Positions 9,919-19,704 of a DNA stretch of 64,000 bases are shown piece after piece (position 1 is the stretch's first letter; each line of letters begins with the position of its first letter). The translations under genes and the position numbers were made by a program. The notes beneath the pieces are model-generated. The model saw nothing but the letters and a program-made list of their open reading frames with translations. It did no database searches and was not told the origin of the DNA. The stretch is taken from the IMG/VR virus record IMGVR_UViG_3300045995_000722. One strand, 5' to 3'. The stretch comes from a virus.

Positions 9919-11031
9919 GTGTTCAAGGTTCAAGAATATCTTCGGTCCGGTAAGACTCTCGAAGATTTAGAAACTGAATATAGTGTTACTGGTAGTGTTA
10001 ATGAGCAGTTAGGTGTAGTTTCACTTAATTATTCTCAAATATCAAGTGACTTATCTCAAGAGATATGCCAAGAGTGCCGAGGGCTTATTCTTGAATTGAA
10101 TACTTGGAATGTTGCTTCCAGATCGTTCCATAAGTTTTTCAATTTAGAGGAACCACAAGGGCAATTAGTAAATGAAAGATTTGATTGGAATTCCGCTGTT
10201 GTTCTTGATAAGGTTGATGGTTCCTTGATTCAGATGTACCACTATAATGGTGATTGGCATGTAGCAACTAGAAAAGACCCTATGGCAAATGGTCCGGTTG
10301 GTTCATTTGAAACAACCTTTAGGGAACTTGTGTTTGCTACAATGGAAGAAATGAAGTTTTCTTTCGATGAATTGTCACCGGAATATTTTTATTCTTTTGA
10401 ATTAACTACTCCGTTGAATGTTATAGTTGTTCCTTATAATGGACATAATTTGACATTTTTGGCTGCTTGGAAGAGGGATACATTAGAAGAAGTTCCTTTA
10501 ATAGAAATGCCCGAATTGACAGCTAAGAAAGTTAAGAGATTGCCTTTAACCAATATAGATGAAGTGCTGAAGTATATAGAGGTTCTTTCTCCTGTTGATG
10601 GAGAAGGAGTTGTGCTTCTTGATAAGCATTTGAATCGAATAAAGGTTAAGTCTGCCGAATATCTTAAGGCATTTCGTGCAGTTATGACTGCTGAAGCATC
10701 ACCTAGAAATCGAGTAGAGATTCTACTTAGTGATTCCTATGATGATATATATGGTTTGTTACCTTCTGCTTTGCAGAAGCAGATGAGTGAATTGCAAGAA
10801 AAATTACAACGATTCTTGTATACTGTACAAGAAACATACAATCAATATAAGGATATAGAATCACAAAAAGATTTCGCTTTAGCAATAAAGCATCTTTTCT
10901 ATTCTTCTTGGTTGTTCAATCTTCGGAAGGGATTAGCTTTAGAAGAAGTGATAAAGAAGACTCATATCGATACTGTTGTTGGTATGTTGGAGAAATTTGA
11001 AATACCTATTGACACGATAGAGGATTCGTGA
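9919..11031 (+). CDS. T4 Rnl1-like RNA ligase
   Basis: ECRGLILE, SFHKFFNL, motif I KVDGSLI, FELTTP, EGVV, KVK. Confidence 0.85.
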   Translation: MFKVQEYLRSGKTLEDLETEYSVTGSVNEQLGVVSLNYSQISSDLSQEICQECRGLILELNTWNVASRSFHKFFNLEEPQGQLVNERFDWNSAVVLDKVDGSLIQMYHYNGDWHVATRKDPMANGPVGSFETTFRELVFATMEEMKFSFDELSPEYFYSFELTTPLNVIVVPYNGHNLTFLAAWKRDTLEEVPLIEMPELTAKKVKRLPLTNIDEVLKYIEVLSPVDGEGVVLLDKHLNRIKVKSAEYLKAFRAVMTAEASPRNRVEILLSDSYDDIYGLLPSALQKQMSELQEKLQRFLYTVQETYNQYKDIESQKDFALAIKHLFYSSWLFNLRKGLALEEVIKKTHIDTVVGMLEKFEIPIDTIEDS

Positions 11032-11275
11032 TACATTAATGGTAGATGGATGATAACCCCCCTCACATGGGAGATACCTTATCCCCAATAAGTTATCTCC
11101 CTGAAATTAAGTTGCAAAGTCCTTGTAGGATTTTGGTTTATTGAAATTTTACGCGACAGGGGAAGGAAAAAGGAGATATAGCCTACTTTATCTATGATAG
11201 AGTAGGCTATATTAACATGTTTTGGTTTTGAAAACCTATCCAGGGTATAGTATAGTGGAAAAGAAGGGAAATTAT

Positions 11276-11650
11276 ATGAACAAACAAGATATGGTAAAAA
11301 CATCCAGAGAATATTGGGACATGAGAGAAAAACTCAAAGCAGATGTTGAGTCATTGTGCAAAAATACTAAATTGCGTCATGACTTGCATCTGGAACAAGA
11401 TATTTATCTTAATTTTATTCGAGTAGAATCCGCATCCCCTGTTGTTCGATTAGATGGTTCTGTTATTATTGAATCTGTTTTAGTTATCCATATTGAACAA
11501 GAGGGACAAGAATTCCTCAATAGTCAAATATGTTGCAATTTCGATATGAATGAAGATGGGGAATTAACTCAAAATCTCGAAGCCTTTAGTGAAGACTTGA
11601 AATATGAATTAGAAGATTTGGGAATTATTTCCAAAGACGAAGATTTCTAA
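11276..11650 (+). CDS. hypothetical protein
   Basis: After repeat promoter. Confidence 0.75.
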   Translation: MNKQDMVKTSREYWDMREKLKADVESLCKNTKLRHDLHLEQDIYLNFIRVESASPVVRLDGSVIIESVLVIHIEQEGQEFLNSQICCNFDMNEDGELTQNLEAFSEDLKYELEDLGIISKDEDF

Positions 11651-11701
11651 TTTTGGTTTTCATTTCGGGATTGGGGTATAGTATAATGGAGGGCAAAGAA
11701 A

Positions 11702-12541
11702 ATGCGAGGGAAATCAGAGGGTCAATATATAACTGTTGGTGAATTTACTCCAGAAGATGTACTTCCCTATATTGGTAATGGAACACGAGATTATGTAGGC
11801 ACAGATGATAAAACTTATCATGTTGGTATGGGGAGCCAAAGATATATGGTTTTTGCCAAAAATCGAAGTTGTGTTTGTTGTGGATTGACCGGAACAATTA
11901 TGCTTCTTCAAATGGATAAAGCACAAGTTCAAGCAATTGAAGGGTCCAAAGCTCATTTCAATTTATACGCAAAAATCGAAGACAAACTTATCCTTATGAC
12001 AAAAGATCACATTGTAGCCAAGTCTAATGGGAATAACAATTCCCTAAAAAATCATCAAACAATGTGTTCTCATTGCAATAGAGTTAAAGCAAATCGAGAT
12101 ATTTCCCTTGAAGAACTACAAAAACAAATGAATGGGTGGGTTAATGTAGTTAAGAGCGGGAATAGTGATTTTATGAAACCATTGTTTCGAGTCCATTATC
12201 TCACAAAAGAACCTCAAGGTAATTATGTGATAATTCGACGTTGTCCCGAAAAAGAAATGTATCATATGATCATGAAGGAAATCGGGGAATGTTTTGCAGA
12301 ACAACGACCTTGGGAAGTTTATTGTTTTGAAACTTTAGTTGTTCAGACATTCAGAACTGCAATTGCCGAAGGTATTATAACTCCTGATAATATCAGATTC
12401 TATTATGACGATAAATTATTGGGAGTGGATGAAAATGGCAATATCAACGACCTTGAAAAACCAGGATTCCCTAGAGGGTTTTGTGATTTATCCCTAAATC
12501 TCTCAAGACGGATATTGGATGCAATTGCCAAAAAGGAATAG
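11702..12541 (+). CDS. HNH endonuclease-domain protein with extra C-terminal domain
   Basis: CVCCG...TKDHIVAKS.G.N...N.QTMC..CN..K. Confidence 0.75.
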   Translation: MRGKSEGQYITVGEFTPEDVLPYIGNGTRDYVGTDDKTYHVGMGSQRYMVFAKNRSCVCCGLTGTIMLLQMDKAQVQAIEGSKAHFNLYAKIEDKLILMTKDHIVAKSNGNNNSLKNHQTMCSHCNRVKANRDISLEELQKQMNGWVNVVKSGNSDFMKPLFRVHYLTKEPQGNYVIIRRCPEKEMYHMIMKEIGECFAEQRPWEVYCFETLVVQTFRTAIAEGIITPDNIRFYYDDKLLGVDENGNINDLEKPGFPRGFCDLSLNLSRRILDAIAKKE

Positions 12542-12590
12542 TTTTGGTTTTCAATCCTTGCTTCGGGTATAGTATAGTGGAGGTATTAAA

Positions 12591-12788
12591 ATGAAGAAAA
12601 TTAAAGTTCCCGTTGTTTGGAGTATGGTGGGAAATTATGAAATCGAGGTTGAAGATGATTTCAAGCTTGATGGGCATAATTACGATGAGTTTATGCAGAG
12701 ACTTTATCCTTTACCCCTCCCTACTGATGGAGAATATTTAGAGGATTCCTTGGAAATTGATACTGATTATGAGAATATTGGAAAATAA
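12591..12788 (+). CDS. hypothetical protein
   Basis: After repeat promoter/SD. Confidence 0.75.
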   Translation: MKKIKVPVVWSMVGNYEIEVEDDFKLDGHNYDEFMQRLYPLPLPTDGEYLEDSLEIDTDYENIGK

Positions 12789-12790
12789 TC

Positions 12791-12946
12791 ATGGCACAAA
12801 GAAAAGCCATTCTACAACATTGTGAGCTTTGCCAAAATAGGGAAGCAACTTTATATAGAAAAAATGGTGAAGAAACAATACATGTTTGTACCAAATGCAA
12901 TTTAAGGTATAATCTACAAATAATCACAAGGGGGGAAATATCATGA
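12791..12946 (+). CDS. small Zn-finger protein (51 aa)
   Basis: Manually translated; CxxC...CxxC. Confidence 0.55.
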   Translation: MAQRKAILQHCELCQNREATLYRKNGEETIHVCTKCNLRYNLQIITRGEIS

Positions 12947-13170
12947 GTACACAAAGAGAAAATATTGTAGTATGGTTAGAAAGAGGAAAAGTACAAGGGG
13001 CAACACATCTTATTGTGGTTTGTGATACTTTTGACCACGAAGATTATCCTGTTTTTGTTTCTCCTGATGAAAATGTGAGAGAAATAGCAAAGAAATATGA
13101 CGGAGTAAATATGCAAAGAATTATGGAAGTTTACTCCATCAATAAAGATTGGGAGACTCAACTTAGTTAA
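12943..13170 (+). CDS. conserved phage hypothetical protein
   Basis: GATHLIVVCDTFDHEDYPVFV motif; ATGA overlap. Confidence 0.75.
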   Translation: MSTQRENIVVWLERGKVQGATHLIVVCDTFDHEDYPVFVSPDENVREIAKKYDGVNMQRIMEVYSINKDWETQLS

Positions 13171-13275
13171 CATAGGGCATTTGATTATGACTAAGTATGG
13201 TGTTTGCAACGTCCTTATGGGGCGTTGGTTTATTGAAATGTGTTAGAATGATCTCAAAATAAAGAAAGGAAAACT

Positions 13276-13767
13276 ATGCAAATCTCAATTGAAACTCTGA
13301 ACAAGGCTGATGTTTTGGCTGCATTGTATAATGCGGCACGACCACAAGGAATGGGGTTCATGCAGTATAAACCAGAACCTATGACGAGGGAAGAAGCAGG
13401 GGGAATTCTTCAGAAATCAAAGTACTTTGATTATCTAGCTGGTAGGGTAATGAAAGTCAATCTGGAAGGTGATTCTTTCAACTCTAGTGGTTTCGACATG
13501 GATAATGGTGACGGGGCTGCGGCTCTGGTTGTTGAGTCTCTAAAGAATCACGGTGGAGATTCTGAGTCTGATGCTGTTAGGGCAATCACTCAGACTATTC
13601 ATAAGCAGGGTGTGGCTGATGCTGCTGTTCTTGCTCGTGAAATGATTGGGGAAGATTGTTCAACGGAAACTCATGAGAATATGACGGTATTCAAGTTGGG
13701 TCTTTCGGATATGGCTGGTGTTCTTTCTCCCAGGATAGATGCGGCAGAAAAAAACATCGAAGAATAA
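13276..13767 (+). CDS. conserved hypothetical protein
   Basis: VLAALYNAARPQGMG...YFDYL.GRVMKV motif; AAGGA SD. Confidence 0.8.
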   Translation: MQISIETLNKADVLAALYNAARPQGMGFMQYKPEPMTREEAGGILQKSKYFDYLAGRVMKVNLEGDSFNSSGFDMDNGDGAAALVVESLKNHGGDSESDAVRAITQTIHKQGVADAAVLAREMIGEDCSTETHENMTVFKLGLSDMAGVLSPRIDAAEKNIEE

Positions 13768-13771
13768 TCCC

Positions 13772-13819
13772 TAATTTTGTCCCCTTCTTGTATAAATATA
13801 TGAGAAGGGGACAAAATTA
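13772..13819 (+). promoter_or_regulatory. SD-sequestering hairpin with TATAAATA in its loop
   Basis: Perfect 17-bp IR 13772-13788/13803-13819; TATAAATA at 13791; start codon at 13820. Confidence 0.6.
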
Positions 13820-14779
13820 TTGAAAAATATTGTTATTGCTGGTGGTGCTGGTTTTATTGGTTCGCATTTAGTTGATTTATTCTTGAATGATAAAAACAAT
13901 AACATTATTGTTGTTGATAATCTCATTACTGGTAATAAAAACAACATAAAACATCATTTAGATAATCCCCATTTTACTTTTGTCGAACAGGATATCACTG
14001 AAACAATAGGACGTTTTGATTTTGGAACCCCTGAAATCCATGCTATTTTCCATCTTGCTTCTCCCGCAAGCCCTAAAGATTATATCAAATATCCTATTGA
14101 AACATTAGAAGTTAATTCATACGGAACACAGAATTTACTTGAATTGGCTAGAAGCACAAATGCTATATTTTTGTTTACTTCTACATCTGAAATATATGGG
14201 AATCCGTTAGTTCATCCACAACATGAAGAATATTGGGGAAATGTAAATAGTATAGGACCACGTTCGGTTTATGATGAAGGCAAAAGATACGCAGAATCAT
14301 TGATTATGGCTTATCATAGAAAATATGGACTTGATACTCGTATAGTTAGATTATTCAATACATTTGGTCCTAGAATGAAAATAGATGATGGAAGAATTGT
14401 TCCTAATCTTATAAAACAAGCATTAAATAATGATCCTTTAACTATTTATGGAGATGGAACACAAACTCGATGTTTTTGTTATGTAGATGATACTGTTGAC
14501 GGAATATTTAGATTGTATAATAGAAAATATAATTTCCCCATAAATATAGGGAGTACAAAAGAAATCACAATTTTAGAAATTGCACAAATAATCAAACAAA
14601 TTACGAATTCCAATAGTGATATTATTTTTGAACCCTTACCTGAAGATGACCCAGTGAAACGAAAACCCAATATAACAAAAGCTATGGATGTATTGGGTTG
14701 GGAATCCCATTGCTCACTAGAAGATGGATTATTAGATACAATTAAGTATTTTATGCCTTGTTTTACCCCCAAACCGTGA
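13820..14779 (+). CDS. UDP-glucuronate decarboxylase / NAD-dependent epimerase (extended SDR)
   Basis: GGAGFIG, HLASPASP, STSEIYG, YDEGKR, RLFNTFGP. Confidence 0.9.
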   Translation: MKNIVIAGGAGFIGSHLVDLFLNDKNNNIIVVDNLITGNKNNIKHHLDNPHFTFVEQDITETIGRFDFGTPEIHAIFHLASPASPKDYIKYPIETLEVNSYGTQNLLELARSTNAIFLFTSTSEIYGNPLVHPQHEEYWGNVNSIGPRSVYDEGKRYAESLIMAYHRKYGLDTRIVRLFNTFGPRMKIDDGRIVPNLIKQALNNDPLTIYGDGTQTRCFCYVDDTVDGIFRLYNRKYNFPINIGSTKEITILEIAQIIKQITNSNSDIIFEPLPEDDPVKRKPNITKAMDVLGWESHCSLEDGLLDTIKYFMPCFTPKP

Positions 14780-14943
14780 TAAAATGTCACGGGTTCAAAT
14801 GTGCGAACTGCCCCCCGATTGTAGCTTACTCAGTTTTTCAAAAATAAAACTGAAAATTTTTGTCCTTGAATCTCGAATTTTTGGTTTTTAGTTTTAGATT
14901 CGGGTATAGTATAATGTAAGAACAAATCTCTTAGGAGGGCAAG

Positions 14944-16281
14944 ATGGGTAAGAAGACAGTAATTGAAACCGAAGCACCGAATCCCGAAGTTTTTGGGGAA
15001 GAGACAGGTATGGTAACTAAGGGCAAGGCTGAAGTAAAGGATGGCGTACAATACAATGCCTTGGGTCTGGAGTCTACCGCTGACATGAAGCATGTTAGCA
15101 AAATCTGGCAGGACAAATGCACTCCGTTTTTGGATTTTGCAGAGCAGGTTCAGAGACGGCAGGGTGGCAAAGTCGATCTTTTGAAGTCGCAGGATTATGT
15201 TAGGGTTGATGATACCTTGCATCTTCCTACTGGTGAGGGATTTACTGAGTTTGGTATGTATTCCCTTGTGACAAAGTATTGTGATCTTCCCGTAGGAATG
15301 ACTCAGTTCCTTCGCTCTACAGAGTGGGGAAATGGAGACCCCAAGTCTCCCGAAATGGTTAAGAAGCATTGGTCTGACCTTGCTACTTATCTGAACTTCG
15401 CTCTTGAGCAGTCTAACTATCGCTGGGAAGATGCTAGGGATCGTGGCGATAAGACAAGAGATTTGCTTCTCAGAATTCGCCCTGATGAAGATGGAAACCC
15501 CGTCATCCGAATGGTTGGAAGTGACCGATATGGAATTCTGAATAACTATGAAGTGTTGGAAATGATTCAGAATGCACTTCCTGCCTCAGACATCGATAAG
15601 GCTCTTGCCTCTCATGTCTTTGACAATGGCGATGATATGAAGGGCAATATTCTTCTTCCCGATAATATGAAGAAGTTTCCCGATTCTGATTATGGGGTAG
15701 GGATTGCTTTTTCTAATTCTGAAATTGGAAAGAAGACCGTTGAAATCCATCCTTTCCTGTTTCGTGCAATCTGCTTGAATGGTTGCATTTGGGGACGCAG
15801 GAACATGACTCAGGGTGTTTCCAAGAAGCATCTTGGAGAAATGAATAAAGATGATATTGCCGAGCATGTCAAGTATGTTTGTCAGATTGCTCTTAGTGAA
15901 GGTCATTCACTTCTTGAACAAATGAATTTCTCTCGTGATGCTTCTGTTCCTGAAGATTTGGTTGGCAATGTGATTGCTTACCTTACTCGTGAGAATAAAA
16001 TGACTGTAGCCGAAGGTAAGGCTTGGTACAATGACTACCAGGTTGAACCTTATTCTTCCGGTTTCGGAATTGTGAATGGGCTTACAAGGGCAGCGCAGCG
16101 GTATGATGGAAACGACCGCTGGAATCTTGAGAATATCGCTGGTTCCATTTTGACCCCTTCTCTAACTGCAACCAAAGAGCAGGTTGTAAACCGATGGGAC
16201 AAGGTAGTTGAAAGAGCCTCAGAGCTTGAGGAAAAGACTGTCAAGCAGTATCTTCGTGAAATTGAGCCTGTTACCAATTAA
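14944..16281 (+). CDS. DUF932-like protein
   Basis: SDRY..L.N..V, GIAFSNSEIG, FRAICLNG. Confidence 0.65.
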   Translation: MGKKTVIETEAPNPEVFGEETGMVTKGKAEVKDGVQYNALGLESTADMKHVSKIWQDKCTPFLDFAEQVQRRQGGKVDLLKSQDYVRVDDTLHLPTGEGFTEFGMYSLVTKYCDLPVGMTQFLRSTEWGNGDPKSPEMVKKHWSDLATYLNFALEQSNYRWEDARDRGDKTRDLLLRIRPDEDGNPVIRMVGSDRYGILNNYEVLEMIQNALPASDIDKALASHVFDNGDDMKGNILLPDNMKKFPDSDYGVGIAFSNSEIGKKTVEIHPFLFRAICLNGCIWGRRNMTQGVSKKHLGEMNKDDIAEHVKYVCQIALSEGHSLLEQMNFSRDASVPEDLVGNVIAYLTRENKMTVAEGKAWYNDYQVEPYSSGFGIVNGLTRAAQRYDGNDRWNLENIAGSILTPSLTATKEQVVNRWDKVVERASELEEKTVKQYLREIEPVTN

Positions 16282-16294
16282 CTAGCCCAAGGAA

Positions 16295-16326
16295 AAGATA
16301 GCCCACCTGGAAAGGTGGGCTATCTT
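16295..16326 (+). terminator. intrinsic terminator
   Basis: AAGATAGCCCACC / GGTGGGCTATCTT. Confidence 0.8.
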
Positions 16327-16399
16327 GCTTTTTGGTTTTGAATGGGGTAAAATGGTATACTATATTGGGGATGAATCCCCAAAAACACGGAGGAACCTC

Positions 16400-16639
16400 A
16401 TGGAACTGGTAACTAAAGCTGATGGTTGTGCCTGGTATGTTGACCCGGAAACTCTACCGGAAACACGAGAAAGAGTTGAAAAGGCGATTGAAGTGGCAGG
16501 GAAAACAAAAGTAGATATTCATATCGAATCTACTCCGCACAATCAGTATCCTACTCTGGAAGCGGCAATTAAAGCCTCAACCTGTGAAGTGATTGTTATT
16601 GAGGATACTGATCGTTCCTGCCGATATTACGCTGCATAG
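16400..16639 (+). CDS. hypothetical protein
   Basis: GGAGG SD. Confidence 0.75.
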   Translation: MELVTKADGCAWYVDPETLPETRERVEKAIEVAGKTKVDIHIESTPHNQYPTLEAAIKASTCEVIVIEDTDRSCRYYAA

Positions 16640-16814
16640 ATTTTGAAAAAGAATGGGTAAGGAGATGTCTTCTTGCCCATTCTTTCTGTTGATTATCTGC
16701 GAACTACCCCGATTTTTTTGATATTCAGTTTTATTTCTTTTTTTGGTTTTCAATTCCAATTCCTAGTATAATATAATAGTTACCCGATTAGGGATAAAAC
16801 AAGGAGAGAGCAAA

Positions 16815-17240
16815 ATGCGTGAGGGAACGGGAACAGTAACACTATATAATAGTTGGGGGGTTATAGCCTATCAAGGTCCAGGTTCTTTCAGCTATTTCCG
16901 ACATGATGATCGGGCTTCGGTAGAAATAAAGATACCGAAAGTTATCATGAGGGATGGCGTTTTCACCGCCGAATGTGTTTATGATAATCAGACAATGGTT
17001 ACAAGAGTTGAAATGGCTCATTTTTGGATGGATCAGGGAAATACTACTTTCAAGAATGAAAAGAGAGAAAACGGTAAAAGGATATATGCTGGTTATCCTG
17101 TTAGTTTCAATCCGTTGACTAAGCGACCTATCATAGATACTATAACTCCTGCTGTTAAGGGAGTTGCTGATAGAGTGACAAAGAGATTCATGGAATTGAT
17201 TGATAAAACTAAAGAAAAAGTAAATAGTTTTTCCAAGTAA
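16815..17240 (+). CDS. hypothetical protein
   Basis: AAGGAG SD after repeat promoter. Confidence 0.75.
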   Translation: MREGTGTVTLYNSWGVIAYQGPGSFSYFRHDDRASVEIKIPKVIMRDGVFTAECVYDNQTMVTRVEMAHFWMDQGNTTFKNEKRENGKRIYAGYPVSFNPLTKRPIIDTITPAVKGVADRVTKRFMELIDKTKEKVNSFSK

Positions 17241-17311
17241 AATCATTTTTGTTTTTGGTTTTCAATCTCAAGTTTGGGTATAATATAGTGTAAGTACTAT
17301 TCACTTAAGGA

Positions 17312-18049
17312 GTGTCTAAAATTATGACAACGGCAAGAGTAACAACGACTGTAGAGGTAGAGCCGCTTCGGGCTATAAGCCTTCGGGCTTCTGAGCTTGC
17401 ATTTGATTATGACAAATGCCCCCGATGTTTCTATCTAAAGGCTGTGGAAGGGGTTGATACCCCGCAAGGTATTTTCTCTGGTTTAAATTCCAAGCTGGAT
17501 TCTCTGACTAGAGAATACTTTAAGAACAAGGGTTCTTTCTGTTCTGATGCCCCGAAAGGTGAGATTGTCAAATCCAATTATAAGGTTATAGCAGAGCCAA
17601 TGATTTTTGCTGATTATAATTTGGAAATCACTTTGAGTGGAATGATTGACAATCTCGTTAGACTTGAGGGGGATGAAGAATCTTGGGCGATTATCGCCAC
17701 AAAGAACAGTGACCCTGCCAAGCATCTTTCTCAATATACCAGACAAGCAAACGCTTACAAGTATATGCTTGAACATGCGATTAAGCCTGAGCTTCGTAGA
17801 ACTCCAGTCACAAGGCTTGGAATTGTAGTTTTTGATGCCATTGAATTCATTCAGGGCAAGATCAATTCCGACAATTTCTTCAAGTGGGTTGAGCTTGATT
17901 GTGATGCTGATGATTTTCAGGCTTATATGGAAGTCGTTGCTGAGTCTCTTGCCTCTGAAAAGGTTCCTGCTTTCAGTGAAGATAAGGATTGCTCTTATTG
18001 CAAGAGAGACAGGGCTTTGCTTGCAAGGTATGAGATTCAGATAGACTAG
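17312..18049 (+). CDS. Cas4/RecB-like PD-(D/E)XK family protein with atypical motif III
   Basis: CPRCFYL, GMIDNL, IIATK (in place of D/E-x-K), QANAY, CSYC. Confidence 0.7.
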   Translation: MSKIMTTARVTTTVEVEPLRAISLRASELAFDYDKCPRCFYLKAVEGVDTPQGIFSGLNSKLDSLTREYFKNKGSFCSDAPKGEIVKSNYKVIAEPMIFADYNLEITLSGMIDNLVRLEGDEESWAIIATKNSDPAKHLSQYTRQANAYKYMLEHAIKPELRRTPVTRLGIVVFDAIEFIQGKINSDNFFKWVELDCDADDFQAYMEVVAESLASEKVPAFSEDKDCSYCKRDRALLARYEIQID

Positions 18050-18056
18050 ATAGGTC

Positions 18057-18092
18057 TTCGGGCAGGAACATGGGGATATGTTCCTGCCCGAA
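18057..18092 (+). terminator. intrinsic terminator
   Basis: TTCGGGCAGGAACAT / ATGTTCCTGCCCGAA. Confidence 0.8.
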
Positions 18093-18157
18093 ATTCATAT
18101 TGTAGTTTTGGTTTTGAAACTAGAAAAATGATATAGTATAGTGGAGGGCAAAACCAA

Positions 18158-18841
18158 TTGAAAAAACTTACTGAAGAAATGGGCTATGAAGAAGTAAAAG
18201 AAGAATTGATGAGTCGATTCTTTCATACCGAAGATGAACGACACAAAATGATTTGTCCGGTGTGTGGTCTTCATAGTATTGTTTTTGATTCTTTTGAAAC
18301 ATATGAAACAGGCACAGAACATTGTTTTGATGTCAACTGTGAAGACGGCTATCGACCATTAAGACCAACTCTCGTTTGTTGCAACAAGATTTGTAGGGCT
18401 TATGGTAAGGGTTTCTGGTCTGAATCGGAACTTGGCTGGTATTCTTTCTATAAGGATAATGAGAAGTTGATTGGTGAACCCCTTCCCTATAGCTGGTATC
18501 CTGCTGATATTCAGTGGAGAAAAGACTACATTCGGTTTGAATATAGGAAGGGTGTCTATATCGGACCCAATCGGATTTCCAAGGCTTTTAAGTTTTATCA
18601 GGAAAGAATATATGTCTATCGATGGCGAATCCCTTGGTTCCTCAAATGGACAAGCAATCGCTGTTTTCATACCGCATATATTCTACCCGATTACTATGAT
18701 GATGCTATGGTTAAGAAGATGAAGTATTTCAGCAATAAGCATTTTCATACAAAGTATGAATTGCCTGAGCATTATATCAGATTCCGTGAGAGACAAAGAG
18801 AAACAAAGAAATTCAAAAAGGGTGTAAAGGTAGAAATCTAA
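18158..18841 (+). CDS. Zn-finger hypothetical protein
   Basis: CPVC, C...C; after repeat promoter/SD. Confidence 0.75.
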   Translation: MKKLTEEMGYEEVKEELMSRFFHTEDERHKMICPVCGLHSIVFDSFETYETGTEHCFDVNCEDGYRPLRPTLVCCNKICRAYGKGFWSESELGWYSFYKDNEKLIGEPLPYSWYPADIQWRKDYIRFEYRKGVYIGPNRISKAFKFYQERIYVYRWRIPWFLKWTSNRCFHTAYILPDYYDDAMVKKMKYFSNKHFHTKYELPEHYIRFRERQRETKKFKKGVKVEI

Positions 18842-18842
18842 A

Positions 18843-19058
18843 ATGATTAAGTCAAGTCAAAGAATATTCACATTAGTAGTCATATTGGGTTTTTGTTTCG
18901 CATTTTGGAATTTGTCCGATATGGTTGCAACAGTTACATTTATGTCTACAAAGCCATGCCCAATAGGAATATTCATTATGTTTTATGGTATGTTAGCTGT
19001 TGCGTTCTGGGCTGCTGTCCAAGTAATAGTTAATATTTTGAAATACCCTCTTTGGTGA
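18843..19058 (+). CDS. small membrane protein
   Basis: Two hydrophobic segments. Confidence 0.65.
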   Translation: MIKSSQRIFTLVVILGFCFAFWNLSDMVATVTFMSTKPCPIGIFIMFYGMLAVAFWAAVQVIVNILKYPLW

Positions 19059-19160
19059 GAAACAAATTCAACCCTTGAAAAAGCCTAAGTCTTGAGGGGG
19101 GCTTAGGCTTTTTATTTGCCCCAAAATCCCCAGTTCGCACATTCTTGTATAATCAATTTT

Positions 19161-19634
19161 ATGAGAGAATATGCGTCAAAAATAATAAAACTTCCTGAAT
19201 TGCTTTCAGAAATACATACCAAAGGTATTGTTGTTTTTACTAATGGATGTTTTGATATCGTTCATTCGGCCCATGTAAAATATTTACAACAAGCACGATT
19301 ATTAGGGAATTATTTAATTGTGGCCGTAAATGGTGATTTATCTGTTAAACGATTAAAAGGGAAAGATCGTCCTATTATAAATGAACAAAATCGTATGGAA
19401 TTAATAGCTGCTTTAGAATGTGTGGATTATGTTATATTGATGGAAGATGATTTACCAAATAATCTGATTGCTGCTATTAAACCACATATTCATTGTAAGG
19501 GTGGGGATTATACGATAGAAACAATGCCTGAAACACAAACTGTGATAAATAATGGTGGAATGGTTAAGATAATTCCCTATATTGAAAACAATTCAACGAC
19601 TGATATAATTAATAAGATAAAACTGAGTATATGA
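19161..19634 (+). CDS. RfaE domain II-type (heptose-1-phosphate adenylyltransferase / cytidylyltransferase family) protein
   Basis: VFTNGCFDIVH..H..YL..A..LG..L.VAVN.D.SVKRLKG..RPI; KGGDY; STT.II.KI. Confidence 0.9.
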   Translation: MREYASKIIKLPELLSEIHTKGIVVFTNGCFDIVHSAHVKYLQQARLLGNYLIVAVNGDLSVKRLKGKDRPIINEQNRMELIAALECVDYVILMEDDLPNNLIAAIKPHIHCKGGDYTIETMPETQTVINNGGMVKIIPYIENNSTTDIINKIKLSI

Positions 19635-19665
19635 AATTGTGCGAACTAGGATTCTGATATGTCGC

Positions 19666-19698
19666 AATGTCCGTAGTTATCGACTAACTACGGACATT
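19666..19698. terminator. bidirectional terminator between convergent blocks
   Basis: 14-bp IR AATGTCCGTAGTTA / TAACTACGGACATT. Confidence 0.75.
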
Positions 19699-19704
19699 TT
19701 GGGA

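Larger units (their letters stand above)
610..18150 (+). promoter_or_regulatory. Block 1 of repeated stop/promoter/SD element (~19 copies)
   Basis: TTTTGGTTTT-N14-GGTATARTATART(-GGAGG) at e.g. 610, 1740, 3007, 4400, 5121, 7601, 9131, 11221, 11651, 12542, 14881, 16741, 17253, 18106; TT(C/G)A(A/T)N-17bp-TATAAT geometry. Confidence 0.9.
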
